From NCBI GenBank assembly GCA_041288095.1, contig JBGGMJ010000010.1, forward strand, positions 1-64,000: a stretch of 64,000 bases of DNA, read 5' to 3'. The notes beneath the pieces are model-generated. The model searched no databases. It had not been told where the DNA came from and saw only the letters and a list, made by a program, of their open reading frames with translations. How positions within the stretch are numbered: the first letter of the stretch is position 1; every line of letters begins with the position of its first letter. This DNA is from Myxococcota bacterium (GTDB taxonomy: Bacteria > Myxococcota > XYA12-FULL-58-9 > JALHOP01). This document shows, piece by piece, positions 41,403-50,203 of this stretch. Position numbers and translations under genes: made by a program.

Positions 41403-42956
41403 ATGGCCAGCGAGTCTCTCTGGCAAGCACGCGTCGCGCGCCCACGCTTCCCAACCTTGCGCGAGGATATCGAAACAGACGTCGTCATCATTGGCGCCGG
41501 CATCACCGGGCTGCTCACCGCGCGGTCGTTGCAACGGCTCGGCAAAGACGTCGTCGTGCTCGAACGCCGGCGTATCGCGAGTGGCACGACTGGATACAGC
41601 ACGGCGCACGTAACGTCGCTGCTCGACTCCGGCTACGCGACCATCGAGAAGAAGTTCGGACGCGAAGCGGCGCATCTTGTCGCCGGTTGTCTCACGCATG
41701 CCATCGAGGACCTGTGCGCTACGGCGGACAGAATGAGCGTGCCTTGCGAGCGCTTGCCGGTGTATCACTATGCGCACGCCGAGTCGGCCCGCGATACGAT
41801 CGCCGAGGAGCTCGCCGCGGCCGACCGCGCGGGGATTGCCGTCGAGCCCGTGGGGGACATTCCCTTCCCAGCGGCCGAGCACGGGGGCTTGCGGGTGCCG
41901 CGTCAGGCGCAGCTCGATCCCGTGGAGCTCGCCTCCGCGCTCGCGTTCGACTTCTCGCAACGCGGCGGACGCATCTTCGAAGACGCTCGGGTCGTCTACG
42001 TCGAGGACGGAGAACCTTGCCGCGTGGAGACCGCGCATGCGCGCGTGCGGGCGCGTGATGTCGTCATCGCGACGCATACGCCCATCGGGCTGTCGTTCTT
42101 GCATACCGAGGTGGCGCCGTATCGCTCGTACGTTATAGCGGCGCGATGCGAGAAGCCGATTGGGCACGGGTTGTTCTTCGATACCGACGAGCCTTACCGC
42201 TACGTGCGGGCGGTCTCCGCCAAAGATCCGGGGATGCTGCTGATCGGGGGAGGCGACCACAAAACGGGCGACCCTGCGTCGGCGGAGGCGTACACGAATC
42301 TCCAACGCTTCGCTTCGGAGCGCCTCGGCGCGAGCGTACCGCGCTTTCGCTGGTCGGCGCAGCTCTACGAGCCGGTGGATACGCTGCCGTACATCGGTCG
42401 ATCGTCGCGCAACGGGCACAACTACGTGGCCACTGGCTATGCCGGCGATGGCATAGCCTTCGCGGCGGTCGCGTCGCGGCTCATCTCCGCGAGCATCATG
42501 GGGAAGGTCCTGCCCGAGGCGGAGCTCATGAGCCCGAGTCGGATCACACCGATCGCGAGCGCGCGGAACTTCATTCGCGAGAACGCGGATGTCGCCAAAC
42601 ACTTCGTCGGCGATCGCCTGAGCATGGCGGAGCAGCGGGACCTCGAAGACGTGGCGCGCGGCGAGGGGCGGTTGGTGCAGCTCGGGATGCGCAAGGTCGC
42701 GGCCTATCGCGACGGCGATGGGCAGCTCCACGTCGTGCGGCCGGTTTGCACGCACATGAAGTGCATCGTGCATTTCAATCCAGTGGAGACGTCGTGGGAT
42801 TGTCCGTGTCATGGGGGACGGTTCGACGTGGACGGGGAGCCGATCGAGGGGCCGCCATTGGCGGGGTTGATGCCGTTCGAGCTCCCGAATCGGATCGAGC
42901 CGGAGCCGGCGACGGTGGCGCCGTTGATGAGTGGGATTGCGCCTAGCTCTTCGTAG
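41403..42956 (+). CDS. FAD-dependent oxidoreductase with C-terminal Rieske domain (YhfW-like)
   Basis: GGAGG RBS; IIGAGITG; CTHMKC and WDCPCHG Rieske ligands. Confidence 0.93.
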   Translation: MASESLWQARVARPRFPTLREDIETDVVIIGAGITGLLTARSLQRLGKDVVVLERRRIASGTTGYSTAHVTSLLDSGYATIEKKFGREAAHLVAGCLTHAIEDLCATADRMSVPCERLPVYHYAHAESARDTIAEELAAADRAGIAVEPVGDIPFPAAEHGGLRVPRQAQLDPVELASALAFDFSQRGGRIFEDARVVYVEDGEPCRVETAHARVRARDVVIATHTPIGLSFLHTEVAPYRSYVIAARCEKPIGHGLFFDTDEPYRYVRAVSAKDPGMLLIGGGDHKTGDPASAEAYTNLQRFASERLGASVPRFRWSAQLYEPVDTLPYIGRSSRNGHNYVATGYAGDGIAFAAVASRLISASIMGKVLPEAELMSPSRITPIASARNFIRENADVAKHFVGDRLSMAEQRDLEDVARGEGRLVQLGMRKVAAYRDGDGQLHVVRPVCTHMKCIVHFNPVETSWDCPCHGGRFDVDGEPIEGPPLAGLMPFELPNRIEPEPATVAPLMSGIAPSSS

Positions 42957-43046
42957 CGCTGGTTCACTCGCGAGCGGTATTCGCGTTGCTTGGTCGCGGC
43001 CTGGGTGGTTTAGCACCGAGAGGGTGGTTGCGCTTCGTTTTCGCTG

Positions 43047-44341
43047 TGTGTCTTCTATTGCGGATGCGCCCCGGGGCGCGTCGTGTAGTTGCGGGCGGCG
43101 TTATGGACGCGGCAAAACAATCTTAGATTCTTCGGGCTCGTCTCGCCGCCGGCGGCGAACTCGTGCTTGTGGTCGAACTCGATCCAGGCGGTGGCGCTAC
43201 AGCGTCTGCCGTCGGCGCTTACGTAGGTGCAGCGGTCTTGGTCGCGTTCAGAGACCTCGCGCCTGGTTGCGGCACTGGGGGCGCGGCCGGGGTCGGGAGC
43301 ACGCTCGCCTTCGGTGGCGTCGATAGCGAGCTGCTTGGGCTTGTCGGTGCGACCGAGCTTGCGCTTCTCGACGGACTTACGGGCAAGCTTGATGGCTTTG
43401 GCGACCACCTTGCCGACGTCGCCGTCGGGGACGCTGTGGCGCACGAGGTCACGCAAGCGCATGAGGTCGGCATAGGTGTCGGCGTCGATAGTGAGCTGGA
43501 GCCTGTAGTGCTCGCCGGTGAGCGGCTTGGGCATCGGCGCACGCGGAGGTGCTGGAGCTTCGACCTTGGGTTCTTCGCGTGGTGCTTCCCGCTCTGCACG
43601 CTCTGCTGCTGCCCGTTCGTTCACGGCCCAGGCGAGCCGTTCTTGTTTGTTGTCGAAGGTCACGGCGGTAACCCGTGTTTCCACCAACGGCTTCGGCTGC
43701 CACGAGGCGACCAAGCGCTCGAGCTCATCGCGGGTCTTCCCAGCAGCAGCCTTCAATCGCGCATCGGCATCAGGGCCATCGAGCGCAGGCGCGAGCACCC
43801 GCACCCCACTCACGTTGAGCGCCCCCGCCCGCAGCATCTCGAGAACAATCGGATGCTCCAGCACGACGTAGGCGACGGTCACGTAGTGCCGCGCCACATC
43901 CTGCCCGTAGCCAATCACCTCATGGCAGTAGGCAAACAAACTCGTACATGCCGATGTCACGTAGAGCCTGCGTCGCGCGACCTCCGCGATGTGCTCGATG
44001 ATGTCTGCCACCACCGCGCGCTCGCGCAAGACGAGAGCCTTCAACGATGCAACCAAAGCCTCGGACGTTAGCGCGGATACGTTCATGGCTCATCGTACCA
44101 CGGGATTTTCGAGGCCTTTCCGAGCCCCGCCACGCCCCGCAAATCACCGCGAACGCGAAAACATCCCACCCCTCCGCAAAAACGCACCAGCGTTCACGGC
44201 AATGCGCGCAGAGGCCATTCTACAGGGTCGCGACACACGAAGGCGGCTCGGTGGTGTCAGGACGCGTCAACAAAAAAGATACAAATCGACACGCAGAAAG
44301 TACGCAACGCGCCCCGGGGCGCGTACGCCATAGCGGACACA
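43047..44341. mobile_element. candidate HNH element bounded by inverted repeats
   Basis: 43047-43081 and the reverse complement of 44307-44341 match at 30/35 positions and bracket the HNH gene. Confidence 0.5.
43055..44086 (-). CDS. HNH endonuclease with DUF222-like helical N-terminal region
   Basis: RDQDRCTY....RRC....EFDH....GG....NLRLFCRVHN. Confidence 0.9.
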   Translation of the reverse strand: MNVSALTSEALVASLKALVLRERAVVADIIEHIAEVARRRLYVTSACTSLFAYCHEVIGYGQDVARHYVTVAYVVLEHPIVLEMLRAGALNVSGVRVLAPALDGPDADARLKAAAGKTRDELERLVASWQPKPLVETRVTAVTFDNKQERLAWAVNERAAAERAEREAPREEPKVEAPAPPRAPMPKPLTGEHYRLQLTIDADTYADLMRLRDLVRHSVPDGDVGKVVAKAIKLARKSVEKRKLGRTDKPKQLAIDATEGERAPDPGRAPSAATRREVSERDQDRCTYVSADGRRCSATAWIEFDHKHEFAAGGETSPKNLRLFCRVHNAARNYTTRPGAHPQ

Positions 44342-44434
44342 GTGCCAGCGCCCGGGTCCATCACACCCCCTCAGTGCCAAACCACCGCGAAGACGAATAG
44401 CAACGCCAAAACGGCTCGCAGTGACCACGCAACG

Positions 44435-45439
44435 TCAAATGTCAGGCTTATCCACGCGCCAGAGCATATCCGCGAACCACCGCTTCCGATCATACCAACG
44501 CGCCGCGACTTGAAACCCAGTCGCCGCCGCCAGCGCCTCGATGTCGCTGTCCAAGTACTTGTACGAGTACTCCGTGTGAATCGGCTCATAGGGATCGAAG
44601 TCGAAGAAGTGCCGCAGGTCCCGCACCGTCACCGTCTGCCGCCTCTGCGACACGAGATAGCTCTCCATCGCGCCGGTGAAGACGTTGTAAGTGCCGAAAT
44701 GCCGCCACGACTCGAGATCGAAATCCGCCCCGAGCTCTCGATTCAACCGCGCCAGCAAGTTGAGGTTGAAGTCCCGCGTGATCCCTTGCTCGTCGTTGTA
44801 GGCGCGCAGGAGCACGTCGATGTCCTTCTTCAGGTCGAACCCGATGAGGACGAGATCGCCGTCCGCCAAAGCGTCCCACATCTGTCGCAAGAACACGCGT
44901 GCGCGATCGGTGCGAAAGTTGCCGATGTTCGAGCCCAAGAAGAGCACGACTGTCCGTTCGCCGTGGGTATCGCGCAGCGAGTGGAGCCCGTCGAAGTACT
45001 CCGCGACGACGCCCGACACCTTCAACGTGGGAAAGCGCCGTCCCATCTTGTCGACGAGGCCCTGCATCGCCGCTTCCGAGATGTCGATCGGCACGAAGGT
45101 GACCTCGCACCCGCGTTCGACGGCTTGTGACAGCAAGATGTCCGTCTTGCGTCCATCGCCGACGCCGAGATCGACGAGCTTGAAGGTCGTGTCTCCGACC
45201 GCGTCGAGGATCGCGTTCTTGCGCGCCTGCAGAATCTCGGCCTCGCAGCGTGTTGGATAATAGTCCTCGAGATCCGTGATCCGCTGAAACAGACGACTAC
45301 CCACGTCATCGTAGAAGTAACGAGAGGATAGACGGCGCGGACGCTCGGACAAGCCCAGGAGCACGTCCTGAGCGAAACGGCGCGACGCGGCGATGGCGCT
45401 GATCTCCGTGGTGTCGAGCACCCGATAGGTCTGACTCAC
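44435..45439 (-). CDS. egtD: L-histidine N-alpha-methyltransferase
   Basis: YFYDDVGSRLF, YYPTRCE, DLGVGDGRKT, FLGSNIGN, IHTEYSYKY; GTGA overlap with egtB. Confidence 0.95.
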   Translation of the reverse strand: MSQTYRVLDTTEISAIAASRRFAQDVLLGLSERPRRLSSRYFYDDVGSRLFQRITDLEDYYPTRCEAEILQARKNAILDAVGDTTFKLVDLGVGDGRKTDILLSQAVERGCEVTFVPIDISEAAMQGLVDKMGRRFPTLKVSGVVAEYFDGLHSLRDTHGERTVVLFLGSNIGNFRTDRARVFLRQMWDALADGDLVLIGFDLKKDIDVLLRAYNDEQGITRDFNLNLLARLNRELGADFDLESWRHFGTYNVFTGAMESYLVSQRRQTVTVRDLRHFFDFDPYEPIHTEYSYKYLDSDIEALAAATGFQVAARWYDRKRWFADMLWRVDKPDI

Positions 45440-46677
45440 GGATCGCGCGCCAGACGGATCCCCGTCATCTGCCAGCGCTTGTCGGGTTGGAAGAAGTTCC
45501 GGTAGCTCGCCCGAATGTGATTCGCCGGTGTCAGGCAGGAGCCGCCCTTCAGCACCATCTGCCCGATCATGAACTTGCCGTTGTATTCTCCGAGAGCCCC
45601 CTCCGGACGCTTGTAGCCTGGGTAGGGTAGATACGCGCTTTGAGTCCATTCCCACACCTCGCCGATCATTGCGTGACTCGTTGGCTCGAAGATCATGGCG
45701 TCGAGGAGCGTCCCCTTGTCCGCTATGGCGTTGCGTTTCGCGGCGGCGTGCTCCCACTCTGCCTCGGTCGGCAGGCGTGCCTTGCGCCACGCCGCGTAGG
45801 CGTTGGCCTCGTAGTAGCTGACATGGGCGACCGGATGTTCGGGAACGAGCGGCTGTAGACCGTAGAGCGTGTGGCGCATCCAGGTGCCGTCGCGCTCGAC
45901 CCAATACATCGGGCTCTTCCAGCCGCGCTCGCGGGTCGTCGCGAACCCATCTGACAGCCACAGATCGGGACGCGCATAGCCCTCGTCACGCATGAACTCG
46001 AGATAGTCGCCTTGGGTCACGAGGCGATCGGCGAGCGCGAAGGGCGCGACATACGCGCGGTGGCGGGGCTCTTCGTTGTCGAAGCAGAAACCGTTGCCAT
46101 CGTGGCCGAGCTCGCTCATGCCGCCGTCGTGGAGCATGAAGCCGGGCGCCGCGGCGGCCACGCGGGGAAGCTTCGCGAGCTCGTCCTCTTTAGCGTACGC
46201 GGGAAAGATGGGCTCCTGATGGAGCACACGCTTGATGTCGGTGAGCAGGAGCTCTTGGTGCTGCTGTTCGTGATGGATGCCCACGGTAACGATTGTCGCC
46301 AGCTTCTCGAGCCGTGGCTGGTCGCACCCGGCGATTAGCTCCACCATCCGCGCGTCTACCGTCTTTCGGTAGGTCATGATCTCGGCGACCGTGGGCCGTG
46401 AGAAACGTCCGCGTTCGGCTTGGGTTACGCGCTCGCCGATGCTGTCGTAGTAGGAGTTGAAGAGGTGCTGCGTCGCCGGGTCGAGGCGGCGGGTGCCATG
46501 GACGGCGAGCACCAAGGTTTCGAAGAACCAGGTGGTGTGCGCCAGGTGCCACTTGGGCGGGCTGACCTCCGCGGCCGGCTGGACCACGTAATCTTCCACG
46601 GCGAGCGGTGCCACCAGGCGCAGGGTCAGGTCCCGCGTCTCGCGATAGGCGCGCGTGAGGTCGTCTCGGGTCATCAC
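45436..46677 (-). CDS. egtB: ergothioneine biosynthesis sulfoxide synthase
   Basis: SPPKWHLAHTTWFFE, FNSYY, HEQQHQEL, FGE-sulfatase-like RLPTEAEWE. Confidence 0.95.
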   Translation of the reverse strand: MMTRDDLTRAYRETRDLTLRLVAPLAVEDYVVQPAAEVSPPKWHLAHTTWFFETLVLAVHGTRRLDPATQHLFNSYYDSIGERVTQAERGRFSRPTVAEIMTYRKTVDARMVELIAGCDQPRLEKLATIVTVGIHHEQQHQELLLTDIKRVLHQEPIFPAYAKEDELAKLPRVAAAAPGFMLHDGGMSELGHDGNGFCFDNEEPRHRAYVAPFALADRLVTQGDYLEFMRDEGYARPDLWLSDGFATTRERGWKSPMYWVERDGTWMRHTLYGLQPLVPEHPVAHVSYYEANAYAAWRKARLPTEAEWEHAAAKRNAIADKGTLLDAMIFEPTSHAMIGEVWEWTQSAYLPYPGYKRPEGALGEYNGKFMIGQMVLKGGSCLTPANHIRASYRNFFQPDKRWQMTGIRLARDP

Positions 46678-46689
46678 GTCTCCGGGGCA

Positions 46690-46703
46690 ATTACCTAGGT
46701 AAT
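46690..46703. promoter_or_regulatory. perfect 14-bp palindrome upstream of egtB
   Basis: ATTACCTAGGTAAT in the slyD-egtB spacer. Confidence 0.45.
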
Positions 46704-46729
46704 CATCCCTGGGCGGGGTGGCGACCTAC

Positions 46730-47233
46730 TTAATGATGGTGATGGCCGCCGGGGCCGTGGGGGTGGCCATGCGCGACCTCTTCTTTGCTGGCGTCGCGGA
46801 TCGACACGAGCTCGATCTTGAAGTGCAGCGTCTCGCCCGCGAGCGGATGGTTGCGGTCGATGTGCACGCTGTCCTTGTCCACGGCGGTGACCCAAACCGG
46901 CATGATCGAGCCGTCGGGGCCTTCGGCGGTGAACTGGGCGCCTACCTCGATCTCGACGTCGGTCGGGAAGGAGTTGCGCGGCACGGCCTGGGCGGCGCGC
47001 TCGTCGCGAACGCCGTAGCCTTCTTCGGGCGGAATCTTGGCCTCGAACTTGTCGCCGATGGTCTTGCCTTCCATCTGGCGCTCGAGTCCCGGAACGATGT
47101 TTTCAGCGCCATGCAGGTACGTCATCGGCTCGCCGCCGTGCGAGCTCTCGAGCTGCGCGCCCTTCGAGTTCATCAGGGTGTAGTGAAAGCCCACGACCTT
47201 GTTGGCACCGACCACGTTCTTGCTGTTCGCCAC
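46730..47233 (-). CDS. slyD: FKBP-type peptidyl-prolyl isomerase SlyD
   Basis: YLHGAENIVPGLE, PEEGYG, DRNHPLAG, His-rich tail. Confidence 0.95.
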   Translation of the reverse strand: MANSKNVVGANKVVGFHYTLMNSKGAQLESSHGGEPMTYLHGAENIVPGLERQMEGKTIGDKFEAKIPPEEGYGVRDERAAQAVPRNSFPTDVEIEVGAQFTAEGPDGSIMPVWVTAVDKDSVHIDRNHPLAGETLHFKIELVSIRDASKEEVAHGHPHGPGGHHHH

Positions 47234-47409
47234 GACGCGCTCCTTATGGGCGCCGCAATATCAGGGGTTCCGCCGACCCACAATGCAGACCCGCTCGGCG
47301 TTTTCGCGTCGCAAATCGCGACACCACCGGCCCCTCGGGCGCTTCATGGCTTGCCTAGCGCGCGTGCAGTGAGCTTTACAGCGGCACGCGCTTTGCGATG
47401 CCTCGATGC

Positions 47410-49263
47410 ATGGCGAGCGTCGTACAACTCCCCTTGTTCCACGGCGTGACGATGCGCGACCCGCGCGAGCTTCTGGCGAGCGTCTTCGGTTACCACGCGT
47501 TCCGTGGTCACCAGGCGGCCATCATCGATCACGTGGCGGCCGGTGGCGACGCCCTCGTCGTCATGCCGACAGGTGGTGGCAAGTCGCTGTGCTACCAGAT
47601 CCCGGCGCTGATGCGGCCTGGTGTCGCCGTCGTGGTGTCGCCTCTCATCGCGCTGATGCAAGACCAGGTGAGCGCGCTCAAACAGCTCGGGGTTCGCGCC
47701 GCGGTGCTTAACTCGACGCTGTCGACGGGCGAGGCTTCGGCGACCGAAAACGCGATGCGCCGCGGCGAGATCGACCTCGTCTACGTCGCGCCCGAGCGCT
47801 TGGTGCTGCCGCGTTTCCTCTCGGTCATCGAGCGCTGCGATCTTGCCCTGTTCGCCATCGACGAAGCGCACTGCGTCTCGCAATGGGGCCATGACTTCCG
47901 CCCCGAATACTTGCAGCTCGCCATCCTCGCGGAGAAGTTTCCGTCGGTGCCGCGCATCGCCCTGACCGCTACGGCGGACGAGCCGACGCGCAACGACATC
48001 GTCGCCCGCTTGAGTCTCGACAAGGCGCGTCAGTTCATCAGCGGCTTCGACCGTCCGAATATTCGCTACAACGTCACGCCCAAGGCGAATCCGCGCGCTC
48101 AGCTCGCGCGGTTCCTCGCGGTGCACAAAGACGAACCGGGCATCATCTATTGTTTGTCGCGCAAGCGCGTCGACGATACGGCGGCGGCTCTGCGCGAAGA
48201 GGGCATGAACGTCCTCCCCTACCATGCCGGTCTCGATGCGAATGAACGCGCCGGGAACCAGGAACGCTTCCTCCGCGACGACGGCATGATCATGGTCGCG
48301 ACCGTCGCGTTCGGTATGGGCATCGACAAGCCGGACGTGCGCTTCGTCTTCCACGCCGATCCGCCCAAAAGCATCGAGGCCTATTATCAAGAGACCGGCC
48401 GCGCCGGCCGCGATGGAGCGCCCGCGGAAGCGCACATGCTCTACGGGTTGCAAGACATGGCCTTGCTGCGCCAGCTCCTCGCGCGCGGTAATGCCGACGA
48501 CGCTCACCGGCGGGTCGAGCGTCACAAGCTGACGGCGCTCTGGGGCTACTGCGAGAGCATGCGTTGCCGGCGTCAGGTCTTGCTCGAATACTTCGGCGAG
48601 ACGCGCGACGAGGCCTGCGGCAACTGTGACAGCTGCTTGTCTCCGGTGACCGGTTGGGATGGCACGGTCGCCGCGCAAAAGGCGCTATCGGCCATCTACC
48701 GCACTGGTCAGCGCTATGGCGTCGCGTATCTCGTCGACGTCCTGCGGGGCGAGACCAACGAACGCATCGAGCGCGCTGGGCACGACACGCTCGCCGTGTT
48801 CGGTATCGGCAAAGACATCGAGGCGGGCACCTGGCAGTCGGTGTTCCGGCAGCTCGTCGCCGCGGGGCTCGTCGAGGTCGACGTCGAAGGACACGGAAGC
48901 CTCATGCTCACCAACGAGGCGCGGCCCGTGCTACGGGGCGAGAAGGCGATTACGTTCCGGCCCGATTTGCGGCCATCCGCCAAAGCGGTGCGCGGCTTCA
49001 AGCAGCCCGACGAAGACTTGGCCGATCCGAGCGACGTCGCGCTCTTCCATACGTTGCGCAGCAAGCGGCTCGAGCTCGCCAAAGCGCAGAATGTGCCTTC
49101 CTACGTCATCTTCCACGACCGCACTTTGCGCGAGATGGCGCGGCGTAAGCCCAAGAGCTTGGATGAGCTGGCGCAGGTGAGCGGTGTCGGCGCGACCAAG
49201 CTCGAGCGCTATGGGGCGGATTTCGTGGCGCTGGTCGTGGCCCATGCGCACGTTGGTGCGTAG
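47410..49263 (+). CDS. recQ: ATP-dependent DNA helicase RecQ
   Basis: MPTGGGKSLCYQ, DEAHCVSQWGHDFR, YYQETGRAGRDG, CGNCD zinc site, RQC and HRDC domains; start may be 47452. Confidence 0.98.
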   Translation: MASVVQLPLFHGVTMRDPRELLASVFGYHAFRGHQAAIIDHVAAGGDALVVMPTGGGKSLCYQIPALMRPGVAVVVSPLIALMQDQVSALKQLGVRAAVLNSTLSTGEASATENAMRRGEIDLVYVAPERLVLPRFLSVIERCDLALFAIDEAHCVSQWGHDFRPEYLQLAILAEKFPSVPRIALTATADEPTRNDIVARLSLDKARQFISGFDRPNIRYNVTPKANPRAQLARFLAVHKDEPGIIYCLSRKRVDDTAAALREEGMNVLPYHAGLDANERAGNQERFLRDDGMIMVATVAFGMGIDKPDVRFVFHADPPKSIEAYYQETGRAGRDGAPAEAHMLYGLQDMALLRQLLARGNADDAHRRVERHKLTALWGYCESMRCRRQVLLEYFGETRDEACGNCDSCLSPVTGWDGTVAAQKALSAIYRTGQRYGVAYLVDVLRGETNERIERAGHDTLAVFGIGKDIEAGTWQSVFRQLVAAGLVEVDVEGHGSLMLTNEARPVLRGEKAITFRPDLRPSAKAVRGFKQPDEDLADPSDVALFHTLRSKRLELAKAQNVPSYVIFHDRTLREMARRKPKSLDELAQVSGVGATKLERYGADFVALVVAHAHVGA

Positions 49264-49274
49264 GGGGAACCGCC

Positions 49275-49502
49275 ATGCGCCAGAAGCAAACGGGTCGTAA
49301 TACCGATCATGCTCAGCCTCGCACGCCCGCTGACGATCGCCGTGAAGTCGTCGAAAACGACCGTGACAGCGTCGCGAACGAGGGCAATGGCCGTGCTGTC
49401 GGTGGTCATCACACCGAAGAGCTACCACGCTCGAAGAAAGGCGGTCGGGTGGGCGCCGACCGCCAGCCTAGACAACACAGCACATCTCATAACCCGCGTT
49501 GA
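49275..49502 (+). CDS. small hydrophilic protein (75 aa)
   Basis: GGGGGA RBS immediately after the recQ stop; highly polar, likely disordered. Confidence 0.5.
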   Translation: MRQKQTGRNTDHAQPRTPADDRREVVENDRDSVANEGNGRAVGGHHTEELPRSKKGGRVGADRQPRQHSTSHNPR

Positions 49503-49565
49503 GGTGATTCGCCGCGTCGGCGGGTTATGAGCTGCGCTGTCGCCTTCGGCGGGTATTTCGCTTCG

Positions 49566-49595
49566 CTAGCTGGCCGCCACTTGAGGCGGCACTAG
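49566..49595 (-). repeat. 30-bp CTAG-ended REP-like palindrome, copy 2
   Basis: minus strand reads CTAGTGCCGCCTCAAGTGGCGGCCAGCTAG; contains the TAG stop of the adjacent gene. Confidence 0.8.
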
Positions 49596-50104
49596 ATGGT
49601 CAACGCACCGGTGCGCATGAGGTAGGCGAGCCGCTGGCGCTGCTCGTCATCCAGAATACCGTGCACGCGGCGAAGCGCGTCTTGCACAGCGCCACGCACG
49701 TGCTCGGCGCTCTTGACGCGCTCCTCGCCCGCGGCCTGCGCCTTGCTCTCGTCGAAGGTCGGCGACGCAAGGGCCTCCGCCATGGCGTTGACGGTGCGAC
49801 GATAGTCCACGGCCGCCTGCGCGCGCTCGGTCTTGAGGTCATTCAAGATCACGGCGAGCTTCTCGACCTGCTCGTCGCTGAGCTCGAGCTTGTGCGCCAT
49901 GAATCGCAGCGGTCTGCGGACGCCGAAGCTCGCGCCCTCGCCGTCGTCACCGCTCCAGCCTTCCGGCGGTCCGCGATGGCGGCTATGCGCGAAGTAGCCT
50001 TCGCGCGGGTCGCTCTCGGGCGCACCGTAGCCAGCAGCGGCATGAACATGAGCACTGGGATGACAATGATGGTGGCGGCGCCACCAATAGGGAAAACCAC
50101 GCAT
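49592..50104 (-). CDS. Spy/CpxP-like (LTXXQ) protein with His-rich N-terminus
   Basis: LELSDEQ and ILDDEQRQRL repeats; GGAG RBS. Confidence 0.8.
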   Translation of the reverse strand: MRGFPYWWRRHHHCHPSAHVHAAAGYGAPESDPREGYFAHSRHRGPPEGWSGDDGEGASFGVRRPLRFMAHKLELSDEQVEKLAVILNDLKTERAQAAVDYRRTVNAMAEALASPTFDESKAQAAGEERVKSAEHVRGAVQDALRRVHGILDDEQRQRLAYLMRTGALTI

Positions 50105-50203
50105 TTCACACTCCACGCGCCGGAGCAGTCGCTTCCAGCGGGGTTTGAACGGGCGCCGTCGTCAAGACTGGCGCTCGGCGCGGGCGATATGCCCGGCGCA
50201 TCC

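Noticed and set aside
41367-43016. 549-aa antisense ORF, and similar long shadow ORFs (11619-12941, 47344-48678, 50546-52369, 60999-62231)
   Set aside because: They mirror well-supported genes on the other strand; expected from stop-codon scarcity in GC-rich DNA
43600-43760. Replication terminus/dif site as the cause of the skew flip
   Set aside because: No dif-like sequence recognised and the skew seems to fade within a few kb; not fully excluded without genome-wide data
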